Shown: piece by piece, positions 9,316 through 17,709 of the stretch | Numbering within the stretch: the stretch's first letter is position 1 | Layout of the letters: every line of letters starts with the position of its first letter | Origin: a virus | Lineage: Duplodnaviria; Caudoviricetes | Virus record (IMG/VR): IMGVR_UViG_3300012808_000031 | Span: 1 to 32,045 of that record | DNA: 32,045 bases | Reading direction: 5' to 3' (one strand) | Notes under the pieces: model-generated | Database searches by the model: none | The model's input: only the letters and a program-made list of their open reading frames with translations | Told to the model about the DNA's origin: nothing | Translations under genes and position numbers: made by a program

Positions 9316-9690
9316 TCACTTCATTGCCGCCCTGAAGGCGTCTCGTGCGGGGTTGTCGCTTTGGGGGATCTCGCCATCGGGACGCTGGCTGTTGAGATAG
9401 GCCCGGTCCAATTCGCGGATGACGAAGCGGAACGCGTCGGCATCGTCGGGCGGCCATCCATCGGTGTGCCGCGAAATAGATGCCGCCGGGATCGGCCCCG
9501 AGCCATTCATGCCGATGGCCCGATCCGAACCAAGCTCGAAGAAGTCATCGAGCCACATTTCGGTGCCGGGCAAGACCTCTGGGGGAAAGAGGCCAGCGGG
9601 AATGCGCCAGCCCTTCTCGTGCAATGCCTCGCGGCGCTGAGCGGCCCCCGGATTATTCAGGTGCCACAGCAGCGCCTCTACGAGTTTTTT
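9316..9690 (-). CDS. Tail assembly chaperone extension (gpT-like), reached by -1 frameshift
   Basis: Overlaps the chaperone 3' end in the -1 frame; lies between tail tube and tape measure genes. Confidence 0.75.
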   Translation of the reverse strand, partial: KKLVEALLWHLNNPGAAQRREALHEKGWRIPAGLFPPEVLPGTEMWLDDFFELGSDRAIGMNGSGPIPAASISRHTDGWPPDDADAFRFVIRELDRAYLNSQRPDGEIPQSDNPARDAFRAAMK

Positions 9691-10094
9691 GCGGTCTTTT
9701 CCTTTACCGCCTTGGCGGTACGGCTGACGACGCCGGAGGCCCAGACAACGGCATCGGCAAAATCGCGGAAGTCGGGATTGGTCAGCCACTGCTCTGCAAG
9801 CGTCTTGTCATACGGAACAGGCTTGCCACCATCGGTCAGCCCGTCCCAATCGAGCAGAACAGCCTCGTGCAGCACTTCGGTCTCGATGCGCAGCGTGGCA
9901 TCCACAGACAGCGAACCATCGGGCGCGCGGTCAGTGTTCGGAGCATTGCGCTGCTTACGTGCGCGGACGGCCATCACGTGGCTGGCCGACGATCCGCGCA
10001 CCTTCAGGCGCAGATCGCCCATGCCGGGAATGCTATCGACCCACTGGCCCTCGGCAATGGCGGCGGAATCTTTCTTGATGGATTGAATGTCCAT
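9678..10094 (-). CDS. Tail assembly chaperone (gpG-like)
   Basis: MDIQSIKKD...EGQWV...LKVRG...VLLDWDGL...KNS; directly after the tail tube gene. Confidence 0.82.
   Translation of the reverse strand: MDIQSIKKDSAAIAEGQWVDSIPGMGDLRLKVRGSSASHVMAVRARKQRNAPNTDRAPDGSLSVDATLRIETEVLHEAVLLDWDGLTDGGKPVPYDKTLAEQWLTNPDFRDFADAVVWASGVVSRTAKAVKEKTAKNS
9684..9690 (-). other. Programmed -1 frameshift slippery site A AAA AAC
   Basis: GCA AAA AAC TCG TAG at the chaperone end; the -1 frame continues ...KLVEALLWHLNNPG. Confidence 0.78.
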
Positions 10095-10176
10095 GTCAGT
10101 TCTCCGGTTCAGGTTCAGGAGCGCCGGGACGCGGTGAACCACTCCGCATCCCGGCTAGGCCGCAAGCGGCTTTCGA

Positions 10177-10887
10177 TTAGATCGTGATGGCCGGGGCGAT
10201 GGGCTGGATCGGCATATTGATGCCGCGATTTGCCGAAGCATCGCCGCCGGTCTTGGTGCCGTAGAGGGCAAAGCCGCCAATCAGATCGGTTTCACCAACA
10301 GGCACTGCGGTCGCTGTATGAACGCCACTACCCGCGCTCGACGTATTAATGGATGTGCCGCCGACCGTAGCGGACACGCTGAAGCCGTTCTCTGTCGGAT
10401 TGACCACATAATAGGTCGCGCCAGCGGTCAGGCCGGTAGGCAGCGTGCCAGTGGTCGAGAAGGTGATCGGCGTGCCATCGGCAAAGCCGTGGGCGTTCCA
10501 GGTGACGACGCCGGGCTCGGCATTGGAGATTGTGACCGTGCCGACTTCCTCGCAATCTGCGCCCCAGACGATGCGGAATGGATAGGGCTTACAGGCGCGC
10601 TGTGCAGCGGCAAATGCAGCCTGCCCCGGATCGTCGCGGACCGGCACAAAGCTATTGGTCATCACCGGGAAGCTGATCCCGCCCTTGGCATAGACCGTAG
10701 TGTTTTCGTCAATGATCCGCTGGCTGAGCACTTCCTGCTCGGCGCCAAGATCGCCAACGTTCGTGGCGCGAAGGATGCGCGTCCATGTAATGCCGGCGAA
10801 GTCCGAAGGCTGATATCGGGTCTTATAGGGGAGTGGAGCGCTGCCAATGTAGATGGCCGTGCCCGCGACTTTCTGCAAACCGCTCAT
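10177..10887 (-). CDS. Major tail tube protein with an inserted small beta domain
   Basis: Tail-tube-like motifs (W..I...GDLG, DDPGQ); internal insert VTWNAHGFADG...TYYVV...FSVS; AGGAG RBS. Confidence 0.8.
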   Translation of the reverse strand: MSGLQKVAGTAIYIGSAPLPYKTRYQPSDFAGITWTRILRATNVGDLGAEQEVLSQRIIDENTTVYAKGGISFPVMTNSFVPVRDDPGQAAFAAAQRACKPYPFRIVWGADCEEVGTVTISNAEPGVVTWNAHGFADGTPITFSTTGTLPTGLTAGATYYVVNPTENGFSVSATVGGTSINTSSAGSGVHTATAVPVGETDLIGGFALYGTKTGGDASANRGINMPIQPIAPAITI

Positions 10888-10902
10888 GGGTTTCTCCTGC
10901 AC

Positions 10903-10928
10903 AAAAAAGCCCGCCGGAATGGCAGGCT
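10903..10928 (-). terminator. Terminator-like hairpin just upstream of the tail tube RBS
   Basis: AGCCTGCC-ATTCC-GGCGGGCT plus T run on the - strand. Confidence 0.55.
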
Positions 10929-10964
10929 GGTCAACCGGCTGTGCCGGAATTGGAAATGGGGTCG

Positions 10965-11132
10965 TTACGACTTGGGCGTGCGCGCCTTTCGGGGCTTGGG
11001 GCTATCGCCTTTCAGCTTTAGGCCTACCATTTCAGCCGCGCCCTTGATTGCGTGACCAGCGGCAGCGGCAATGCGGCCCTCAAGGACAGCATCAATCAGA
11101 GCCTCACGGCGTTCACGGCATTCCTTGCACAT
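10965..11132 (-). CDS. Small 55-aa protein not in the ORF track
   Basis: GGAG RBS; MCKECRERREALIDAVLEGRIAAAAGHAIKGAAEMVGLKLKGDSPKPRKARTPKS; fills the gap in the operon. Confidence 0.65.
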   Translation of the reverse strand: MCKECRERREALIDAVLEGRIAAAAGHAIKGAAEMVGLKLKGDSPKPRKARTPKS

Positions 11133-11141
11133 GATGGACTC

Positions 11142-11597
11142 CTAAAGCTGTTCCAGTTCGATGCTCACCGGCACCTGCACATGGGTGTCAATGGAAGGGG
11201 CGAAGACCGAAGGATCACGCATGACGCGGACTTTGACGCCGCCGAAGACCATCTTGAGATCGGCCGGGAAATGCCGTGCCACCTGCCCCGCCACCTCTCG
11301 CGCCACGCCGCTGCCCTGAGCTTTGGTGCCCATGACATCGATCTGCAGAACGCCAGGCCGCCTATGCGGGTCTTTGCTCCCGATAAACAGGCGCTGTGTC
11401 TGGTTCGGCGTCCAAGTGCATCGCAGATACCCCTGCGTCGTGCTTGGCGTGTATGAGGACAATTCCTTTCCGTCCGGCCCCTTAGGCAAAGGCCCATCTG
11501 TCCAGACGATCTGGTATTGCGAGGCCATCGGCAGTGATGCCACACGGGCCTTGATTGCCTCGGCAATCTTGGTTTCGATGCTCGGGACCATGCTCAC
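11142..11597 (-). CDS. Tail terminator-like protein
   Basis: GVLQIDV motif; size and position between the gp10-like and tail tube genes. Confidence 0.75.
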   Translation of the reverse strand: MSMVPSIETKIAEAIKARVASLPMASQYQIVWTDGPLPKGPDGKELSSYTPSTTQGYLRCTWTPNQTQRLFIGSKDPHRRPGVLQIDVMGTKAQGSGVAREVAGQVARHFPADLKMVFGGVKVRVMRDPSVFAPSIDTHVQVPVSIELEQL

Positions 11598-12049
11598 AAT
11601 CCAAACGCTGCTTTGACCTTGGCGGCCTCTTCACGGACGATCTCCGGCCACCGCTGCGCCGCCAGCGTGACCCAAGGCTTGGGCGAATTGCCCTGCGCAC
11701 CGAAATGGACATATGCGCCATACGCCGCTGTGTAGCCGAGATAGAGCGTTCCGCCGCCGTCCCAGCCATTGATAACCAGCACGATTGGCCCCATGGCGTC
11801 GGTATTGTCGACGGCACCGGGGTTGTCGCGAATGAGCTGCGGCATTGCCGAGGTCGAGGCCACGAAGGATGCGCGCAGAAAGCCCGTCCGCTGATAGCCC
11901 GAGGGCGACGGCGGCGCCTGATAGACTTGGCGGTCAAGCTCGGCGTCGATCTCTTTGGCTAGGCGCTGGGCGCTGTTCTTCAAGATGGCGTCGATCGCTT
12001 CCGGCACCCTGCGGCACCAGTCGCCAATGGTAGCTGCGAAGTTACCCAC
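11594..12049 (-). CDS. HK97 gp10-like neck/tail-completion protein
   Basis: RTGFLRASF and YTAAYGAYVHFG motifs; GTG start at 12049 overlaps the upstream stop. Confidence 0.8.
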   Translation of the reverse strand: MGNFAATIGDWCRRVPEAIDAILKNSAQRLAKEIDAELDRQVYQAPPSPSGYQRTGFLRASFVASTSAMPQLIRDNPGAVDNTDAMGPIVLVINGWDGGGTLYLGYTAAYGAYVHFGAQGNSPKPWVTLAAQRWPEIVREEAAKVKAAFGL

Positions 12050-13109
12050 CGACGCGCTCCCGATACCGACGCAATGCCTGTGCGGTGAAGTCGATCTGGA
12101 TATCGGGCGGCGGGCATTTACAGCCGACCAGATGATGCGCCGGAAGGCTCGGATCATGCGGACCGGTACACTGCGTTCCATCCGGCAGCGTGAAGAGATG
12201 ATTGAACGGCACGCTCTGCCCCACCATGGCGAGGTGATCGGCGCGCTTCTCCTTCGAGATCGACCGCCCCCAGGTCTTCACCACGTCGCCGGCTTCGAGC
12301 TTGCCCGCATCGATCTGCTGCTGGAAGGCGTCGTTCTTTGCCTTGGCGAGCGCAATGTTGGTTTCCGTCAGGGCCAGATTGTCGGCACGGTATTTCAGAG
12401 CCCGGTTCGAGTAGCTTGTGACGATCCGATCAACAGCATCGGCTGGCACCGACCCGCCCTGCTCCAGCGCGCGGCGCACATGGCCGTCAAAGCGCTTGTC
12501 GCGGAGAGTGTAGCCCAGATAGTCCCGCATGGCCTGAGCATCGCCGGAGCGCATCCCAAGATAGATTTTGTCGAGCGTCTGCACGCTGGAGGGTGTCAGT
12601 CCGATGCTGCCGCCTTCACGAAAACCAGTGCGGCGGTTGATCTTGCCCACCAGCCCCAATGCCGTCTGGCGAGGGTTCTGGCCGCGTGAGAGACCTTCCA
12701 CCAGCACTGAGCGCACCGAAGTCAGTTGCTCGCCTACTAGGCCGTCCACGAGCCCCGCAGCGTGTTGCCGCATCGCCTGTTCTGCGGGGAGGTTACGAAC
12801 GCCCCAAGAGAACGATACCCGGTTGCCGCCTGGGCTACCCAGCGAGGGCATGCCATTGACCGTCGCCACGCCGCCCGCGTTGTAAGCCTGCAATATGCCA
12901 GCCTCGAACCGCGCGAACCGCTCCGGCGAAATGTCCAGCATCCGCATCGCCGCTTCGAGATTGCCGCGCTCAAGCGCTGCGATTAGCTCTTTGAGCACAA
13001 CCGCGCTGGTGATGGACCGGATTGCACCCAGCCATTCCTGGGCAAGCTGCTGTTCCCACTCGGCGGCAAGGTTCTGAAGGGCTTGGCGGGTGGAGAGGCG
13101 TTTAAGCAT
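12042..13109 (-). CDS. Phage minor head protein (Mu gpF / SPP1 gp7-like)
   Basis: RA..LALTET, KTW...R..H...GQ, F..PDG, P.DP, CKC C-terminal pattern. Confidence 0.82.
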   Translation of the reverse strand: MLKRLSTRQALQNLAAEWEQQLAQEWLGAIRSITSAVVLKELIAALERGNLEAAMRMLDISPERFARFEAGILQAYNAGGVATVNGMPSLGSPGGNRVSFSWGVRNLPAEQAMRQHAAGLVDGLVGEQLTSVRSVLVEGLSRGQNPRQTALGLVGKINRRTGFREGGSIGLTPSSVQTLDKIYLGMRSGDAQAMRDYLGYTLRDKRFDGHVRRALEQGGSVPADAVDRIVTSYSNRALKYRADNLALTETNIALAKAKNDAFQQQIDAGKLEAGDVVKTWGRSISKEKRADHLAMVGQSVPFNHLFTLPDGTQCTGPHDPSLPAHHLVGCKCPPPDIQIDFTAQALRRYRERVGG

Positions 13110-13223
13110 GCCTTTGCAACCTCAAATAATCGAGTATGGCTGGTACGCACTCGAATAAAAGAATGTATTCACGATCTTACTGTAAGTAGGTAAGCTGCCT
13201 TGTTTCAGACTGGGAGAGCCACG

Positions 13224-13853
13224 TTGTTTCCAAAGGTAATGCTTGCCACACTAGTAATTTTGTCACTGGCAGCATGCTCCCCCGTGGAGTCCGAAGTAGG
13301 TCAAGAGCCGGCTGCGCCTACCGCCCCATCCGAAGCAGACATAATTCGTAACAGGCTGGAAACCCTGGCGTTGTCAACGGGCGATGCCATCTCACTAGAA
13401 GGGTACCAGGCCAGAGACTCTTCGGCTGTTGAACGGGCTGCCAAAGCAGTCATCTCTTTCATAGGTGACAAGAACTGCACTCTCCGAGTGTCCAGGATTA
13501 TTAATAGTTATTCCGGCACCCCCCCTACTCGTGAGAACAGGAACGAATTGGTGGTGTGGCCAGGTATCTTGGAAGTCGCTGTTGCGGAAGCAGACTTAAC
13601 GAAAGCCAATCGCGACAACGTTCATGTGACATATGGCACCGCTGTTACACTTCCTCGCCCGTTACGAGATGTTACTGGATGGCCCCAAATCGTAGACAAG
13701 CAGGACATCATGCCGGCGCTATTGGAAGCAGACAACTACACTGAGCCGCGAACCAACATGCTAGGTACCATTTCGTTTTTCGTTCCCGAGGAAGATGTGG
13801 AAACCGCGGTGCAAAATTTGAGGGCCCTCGTGCAACTGTGCAATTTGGAGTAG
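13224..13853 (+). CDS. Accessory lipoprotein (moron)
   Basis: Lipobox LAAC; opposite strand; AT-rich upstream region; start uncertain (13200, 13224 or 13239). Confidence 0.75.
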   Translation: MFPKVMLATLVILSLAACSPVESEVGQEPAAPTAPSEADIIRNRLETLALSTGDAISLEGYQARDSSAVERAAKAVISFIGDKNCTLRVSRIINSYSGTPPTRENRNELVVWPGILEVAVAEADLTKANRDNVHVTYGTAVTLPRPLRDVTGWPQIVDKQDIMPALLEADNYTEPRTNMLGTISFFVPEEDVETAVQNLRALVQLCNLE

Positions 13854-13880
13854 CGCGGACGAGTGATCTTCTCGCGCTGA

Positions 13881-14276
13881 CTACCTCCGCGCCACAGCGT
13901 CATGCAGGACCGTCAGCCCAGCCGGGGCTAGCGTGTCGAGCTTGGCAATGGTCCATTCTTCGCCGGCATAAACACCAGCCGAGAACGCACCATCGAACAT
14001 TACGACGTCACCAACGGCAGGGACGATGGTGAGGCCATCGAGCGCGATCAGCACCTGCCGGTCGCCAGTCAAGATCAGCGTGCCATCGACGCGCTTTTCA
14101 TCCATCGGCAGCACGGCCATCGTGACCGCATGGTAGACCGTGGTTTCCGTGCCCTCTTCCCATGGGTTGGCGGGGGGCGTGACAACGGTGCGAGGGATAG
14201 CGCCGATCTGGCCGAACTCCTCGATCAACTCCCTGGCATCTTCCTGGCTTTCAACATAATCGAACTGTTCAACCAT
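13881..14276 (-). CDS. Head-closure / head-tail joining protein
   Basis: ARELIEEFGQ...NPW...VDGTLILTGDR pattern typical of siphovirus connectors. Confidence 0.75.
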   Translation of the reverse strand: MVEQFDYVESQEDARELIEEFGQIGAIPRTVVTPPANPWEEGTETTVYHAVTMAVLPMDEKRVDGTLILTGDRQVLIALDGLTIVPAVGDVVMFDGAFSAGVYAGEEWTIAKLDTLAPAGLTVLHDAVARR

Positions 14277-14466
14277 CGTTCGCCACTCCGTTCTGAAGCA
14301 AGTTGGCAGCTTCGCGGAGATGCTCTCCAATGATGGATCGCCCCTGCCTTCCGCCAACATCTGGCGCTTTAACGCCGATCACGGCGCCGCTGGCGTCTAG
14401 TTCAATCGTGACCTCATATTTGACTGCCGGCTCTTCGGCTTTGCCGGGAAAGTCGATAACCGGCAT
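14269..14466 (-). CDS. Hypothetical 65-aa protein
   Basis: Overlaps the start/stop of both neighbours. Confidence 0.55.
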   Translation of the reverse strand: MPVIDFPGKAEEPAVKYEVTIELDASGAVIGVKAPDVGGRQGRSIIGEHLREAANLLQNGVANDG

Positions 14467-14969
14467 CAGAACCTCGCCAAGGTCGTCACTGTTGTGCCGC
14501 CCGGCGCTGCAATGAGCAATTCGGCAAGAATGCCATCGATCAGCGCGAAGACAGGCCGGGCCGCCGCGGCGGTCAATGGCACAGCGTATTCGGTTTCTTT
14601 CTGAAGCGGCCCAACGCCTTTCTTCAGGCGCTTGATAGCACCTTCAGGAACATAATCCGGCGCTGTTGAACCGGGGGTCGCCAGTTCGCGCAATGCCAGT
14701 TCATAGGTGGCGCGGATGATTGGCAGTGGCACGACATCATCATCGAGCACCTGGCCGCGATAGGTCACACCGGCGCGTGGCCAGAGAAGCGGCTGATCGG
14801 CGTCTGTCACCCTGCCGGGATAGCGGGCGCCATAAAGGCCATCCAAGCCCTGAGAGCCGCGAACGAGGGCTGCATTCCGGGCTTCAGTCGTTGCTGCACT
14901 CCAAGCCGCATTGCCGCGCGCCGTGTGATAGGTGTCTGCGTCTTCGCGCGTTCCATAATGGTCAGGCAT
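14466..14969 (-). CDS. Head-tail adaptor (DnaT-like phage family)
   Basis: YGT..ADTYH..RGN..W, Q.L.WPR, VP..I..ATYELA, VGPL..EY motifs. Confidence 0.82.
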   Translation of the reverse strand: MPDHYGTREDADTYHTARGNAAWSAATTEARNAALVRGSQGLDGLYGARYPGRVTDADQPLLWPRAGVTYRGQVLDDDVVPLPIIRATYELALRELATPGSTAPDYVPEGAIKRLKKGVGPLQKETEYAVPLTAAAARPVFALIDGILAELLIAAPGGTTVTTLARF

Positions 14970-15291
14970 TCGCCGTCACCTTCATGAAAGTTGTGGGCCC
15001 GCCCGAGTATGGGTCGACCAAGCAAGCAATGCGCACCGCTTCTTCGGCAGAACAGCCAGCGTGCAGAGCGCCGAGGGCGACCGGTGTGCCGCTGCCCCAT
15101 GCTTTGAAAGGCGCGCTCTCGATGAATGAACCGCCAGCTGAATAAACTTTAATCTCGCCAGCCTTGAACACGACGACGGTGCAGTCGCCGTTCGGCTGGG
15201 GCCCATCCCCGTGCAAAATCCATTGTTTCAATGCAGCGCAGTCGGCCCAATCTCCGCAGAGCGCAAAAACAGCGTCGCCTTCGCAAAGCAA
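14962..15291 (-). pseudogene. 5'-truncated HslV/proteasome-beta (Ntn hydrolase)-like phage gene
   Basis: AWGSG..VALGAL..G.SAEEAV..A...DPYSGG C-terminal half; no N-terminal MTT; an in-frame stop lies about 20 codons upstream of 15291. Confidence 0.68.
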
Positions 15292-15299
15292 CTTTGCCT

Positions 15300-15666
15300 C
15301 CGGCGCCGGGTTGGTCCATTCGACTATAGCCAGCGCGTCATGATTGCCATTGCGCTAGGTCTTGGCCCAGAGTTCGGTCCTTCATTGAACGCTGTTGGGT
15401 CCTTGCGCAACAAATTTGCCCACCAGCCAAACTTCCCCCTCGGAGCTGCTCAAGTTAACTCAATCTACCAATCGCTGTCCGAGCTTCAAAAAAAGACAGT
15501 TCAGTCGAGTTTCAGACGGGTGGAAACTCAACTTCGAGCAAATCAACCAAAGCGAGAGTTCTCCGGGTTAGAGCCATTGGACAAAATGGTCCTAATTCTG
15601 ATTGCCATACGGCAGGCGTTACGGGCAGGACGGACGCAGCTGGCGCAACTACGCTCGACGGCTTGA
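15300..15666 (+). pseudogene. Probably 5'-truncated HEPN/MtlR-like helical protein
   Basis: LRNKFAH (RxxxxH) motif; the track's GTG start at 15211 lies antisense inside the HslV-like gene; left coordinate approximate. Confidence 0.55.
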
Positions 15667-15673
15667 GGGCAGC

Positions 15674-15721
15674 GTTCGTCCATCGTCTACCATGATGGCA
15701 CAGTAGAGAAGTTCGAGTAGA
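15674..15721 (+). repeat. Remnant 3' end of a homolog of gene 5195..5605
   Basis: 22-bp identity ACAGTAGAGAAGTTCGAGTAGA (5585-5606 = 15700-15721); encodes VYHDGTVEKFE* versus VYDDGTVEKFE*. Confidence 0.85.
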
Positions 15722-15789
15722 ACTCAGTCCCGTATTGACTCAGTCGCCCCGGTAACGTTTCAGTAACCCCGCTTTATTGGGGGACTACA

Positions 15790-16158
15790 ATGATTACCAA
15801 AATTATTCCTGCCGCCGCCGTGGCGGCAGTTGTTCTTGCTGGCTGCGCAACGCCGCCAAAGGACATTGCTCCAGCCTATGTTTCGACGGGCCTCTACCAA
15901 AACCTAAACTGCACCCAGTTGCGCTCAGAAGCCGAGGGCGTTTCTGCCAGAGTAGCAGCAGCATACGGGAAGCAAGATTCTAATCGTGGCAGTGACGCTG
16001 CTATGACTACGGTCGGCCTGGTCCTTTTCTGGCCTGCACTGTTCTTCATGAAGGGTGACGGCGCAGACGCTGCCGAGGTGGCGCGGCTCAAGGGTGAGAT
16101 GCAGGCCATCGAACAGGTCAACAGAGTGAAAAACTGCGGAATTCAGTTTGCCGCATAA
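15790..16158 (+). CDS. Small lipoprotein
   Basis: Lipobox LAGC; G-rich RBS; followed by its own terminator. Confidence 0.82.
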   Translation: MITKIIPAAAVAAVVLAGCATPPKDIAPAYVSTGLYQNLNCTQLRSEAEGVSARVAAAYGKQDSNRGSDAAMTTVGLVLFWPALFFMKGDGADAAEVARLKGEMQAIEQVNRVKNCGIQFAA

Positions 16159-16163
16159 AGATC

Positions 16164-16189
16164 AGCCCCGGTTCGCCGGGGCTTTTCTT
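16164..16189 (+). terminator. Intrinsic terminator
   Basis: AGCCCCGG-TTCG-CCGGGGCT-TTTCTT. Confidence 0.8.
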
Positions 16190-16214
16190 CCCCTCTCCTA
16201 AGGAAGACTGACAA

Positions 16215-16484
16215 GTGGCCGACACATACGCAGAGCTTCAGGCTCTCTCCCTGGAGGAACTTAAGGCGCGCTATGATCGGCGGGCAGAATCCACACAGGT
16301 TGGGCTGGGCTTCTACCGTGAAGAGATTGCCAGACGAGAAGCAGAAGCTCAAAACGGCCAAATGCTCGCTTTCACCAAGCAGATGCGTGACATGACAATT
16401 GCGATCGTCGCGATGACTGCCGTGAACATTGTAGTTGCGGGCGTCAGCCTGTTTGCCGTCCTGCGTTCGGCACCGTTGTCCTGA
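16215..16484 (+). CDS. Small C-terminally anchored membrane protein
   Basis: AAGGAAG RBS, GTG start, helical N-terminus, one TM segment. Confidence 0.65.
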   Translation: MADTYAELQALSLEELKARYDRRAESTQVGLGFYREEIARREAEAQNGQMLAFTKQMRDMTIAIVAMTAVNIVVAGVSLFAVLRSAPLS

Positions 16485-16490
16485 CCATAG

Positions 16491-16514
16491 AAAAGGCCCG
16501 CTGAAGCGGGCCTT
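16491..16514. terminator. Terminator between convergent genes
   Basis: AAGGCCCGC-TGAA-GCGGGCCTT hairpin. Confidence 0.7.
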
Positions 16515-16897
16515 CACATTTGCTGCTTGTAGTATTTTTTCATGCCACGCGGCGTATGGGGGCTAGAGAGTATTCCGCCGCAAACCCTTTCAAACACGCC
16601 GTCCACCATGGGATCTTTAGGTATAAAGAGGCCTCGATCCACGCCGCTGGCCAAAGTCGCTGCGAGCTCGGTCCGAGCTTTCCGGTAGATCACCCACGAT
16701 TTTTTTGTCAGCCAGGTATGATCGCCTACTTCAAGGACACAGCTGCTATCGCACAGATTGTTCGTCCAGCCGGTAATGGACACGATCAGCTGAAGCTCGT
16801 TCTTGCATGGGTCAGTGCAGACGACGTGAAGGTGCATCAGGTCTGGGTTGTGACTCGGCCCAGAAGGGATAAGCAACGTGCCCGCCTTATGCGCCAA
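16514..16897 (-). CDS. Putative toxin (PemK/MazF-like fold) paired with Panacea
   Basis: Abuts the Panacea gene with a TTG start; HLHVVC...LIVSIT...CVL..GDH.WL...SWV pattern resembles PemK-like beta-barrels. Confidence 0.6.
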   Translation of the reverse strand: MAHKAGTLLIPSGPSHNPDLMHLHVVCTDPCKNELQLIVSITGWTNNLCDSSCVLEVGDHTWLTKKSWVIYRKARTELAATLASGVDRGLFIPKDPMVDGVFERVCGGILSSPHTPRGMKKYYKQQM

Positions 16898-17470
16898 TCA
16901 ATGCACCCGGGCTTCGTCGAATGCTAAGTCGATCTCACGCTGGGCCTTCATTACCGCATCAAGCTCGTCGGCGTTTTCTACACCCAGCGCTTGGAGAATA
17001 CGACGGAACGGGATCTTAATGGAGCCTCCGTTCGGATCTTCCCACTCAGGCACGTTTGCGGCATCGTGGGTCCAATCCACCAACTGCCATTGCGTCATAT
17101 GGCCAAACTCTGTCCAGACGGCATCCACGCAATCCAGATCGGCATCGCTAAGCTCATCAAGATCATCAAAAGAGATCTGATCATTTGAAAGAGCGATCTT
17201 ATGGTTGGCCTTATCTTCCAGCACGTCAGACCATCCGCACGCGGCGAGGTCAATTTCGCCATTGATGTGCCGGTATGTCATTGAATTAACCGGACCTAGG
17301 GGCATGGAGTAACGGTCTTCGTCCAGTATCGGAAAACCGAACCGACGGATACTCTCGCGGTCAGCCAGATAAACCAGCTTCACCGCCTTCAATATGTTGA
17401 TCGACGTACCCTGCCCCTTGAGGATAAGCGCCGCAATCAACTGCGCTGCTTTTTTTGGCTGGTAACTCAT
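16898..17470 (-). CDS. Panacea (DUF4065, SocA/GepA-like) antitoxin
   Basis: LKAVKLVYLADR, MPLGPV, LVDWTH...PEW motifs. Confidence 0.88.
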   Translation of the reverse strand: MSYQPKKAAQLIAALILKGQGTSINILKAVKLVYLADRESIRRFGFPILDEDRYSMPLGPVNSMTYRHINGEIDLAACGWSDVLEDKANHKIALSNDQISFDDLDELSDADLDCVDAVWTEFGHMTQWQLVDWTHDAANVPEWEDPNGGSIKIPFRRILQALGVENADELDAVMKAQREIDLAFDEARVH

Positions 17471-17577
17471 GTCCAGATCGGCACTGCCGACTCCTTTGGT
17501 GAGTGGACGGTATATCCACAACGCCCGCAATTGCAAGATAGCTGCCAATTATGGGGCAAACGTGAACGTTGCCACCC

Positions 17578-17617
17578 TCACCTCATTACCGCCCTGAAGG
17601 CGTCTTTTGCGGGATTG
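17578..17617 (-). repeat. Remnant 3' end of a second tail-chaperone (gpT-like) gene
   Basis: 35/40 nt identity with 9316-9355; encodes NPAKDAFRAVMR* versus NPARDAFRAAMK*. Confidence 0.85.
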
Positions 17618-17680
17618 ACTAAGCGGCTTTAGACGGACCCTTTGCCAACAAATTTGATGAGCACGGCCTCGCCGGGCATG

Positions 17681-17701
17681 AAAAAGCCGCCCGGAGGCGG
17701 C
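17681..17701 (-). terminator. Intrinsic terminator
   Basis: GCCGCC-TCCG-GGCGGC-TTTTT on the - strand; nearly identical to 2028-2049. Confidence 0.65.
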
Positions 17702-17709
17702 GGGAGGTG

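Noticed and set aside
12042-13109. 355-aa gene as the missing major capsid protein
   Set aside because: Motifs match the Mu gpF / SPP1 gp7 minor head family, not an HK97-fold capsid
5585-17617. Diverged repeat pairs as DGR template/variable repeats, CRISPR repeats or att sites
   Set aside because: No reverse transcriptase or cas genes, no regular spacing, mismatches are not adenine-specific, and the pairs correspond to 3' ends of coding genes
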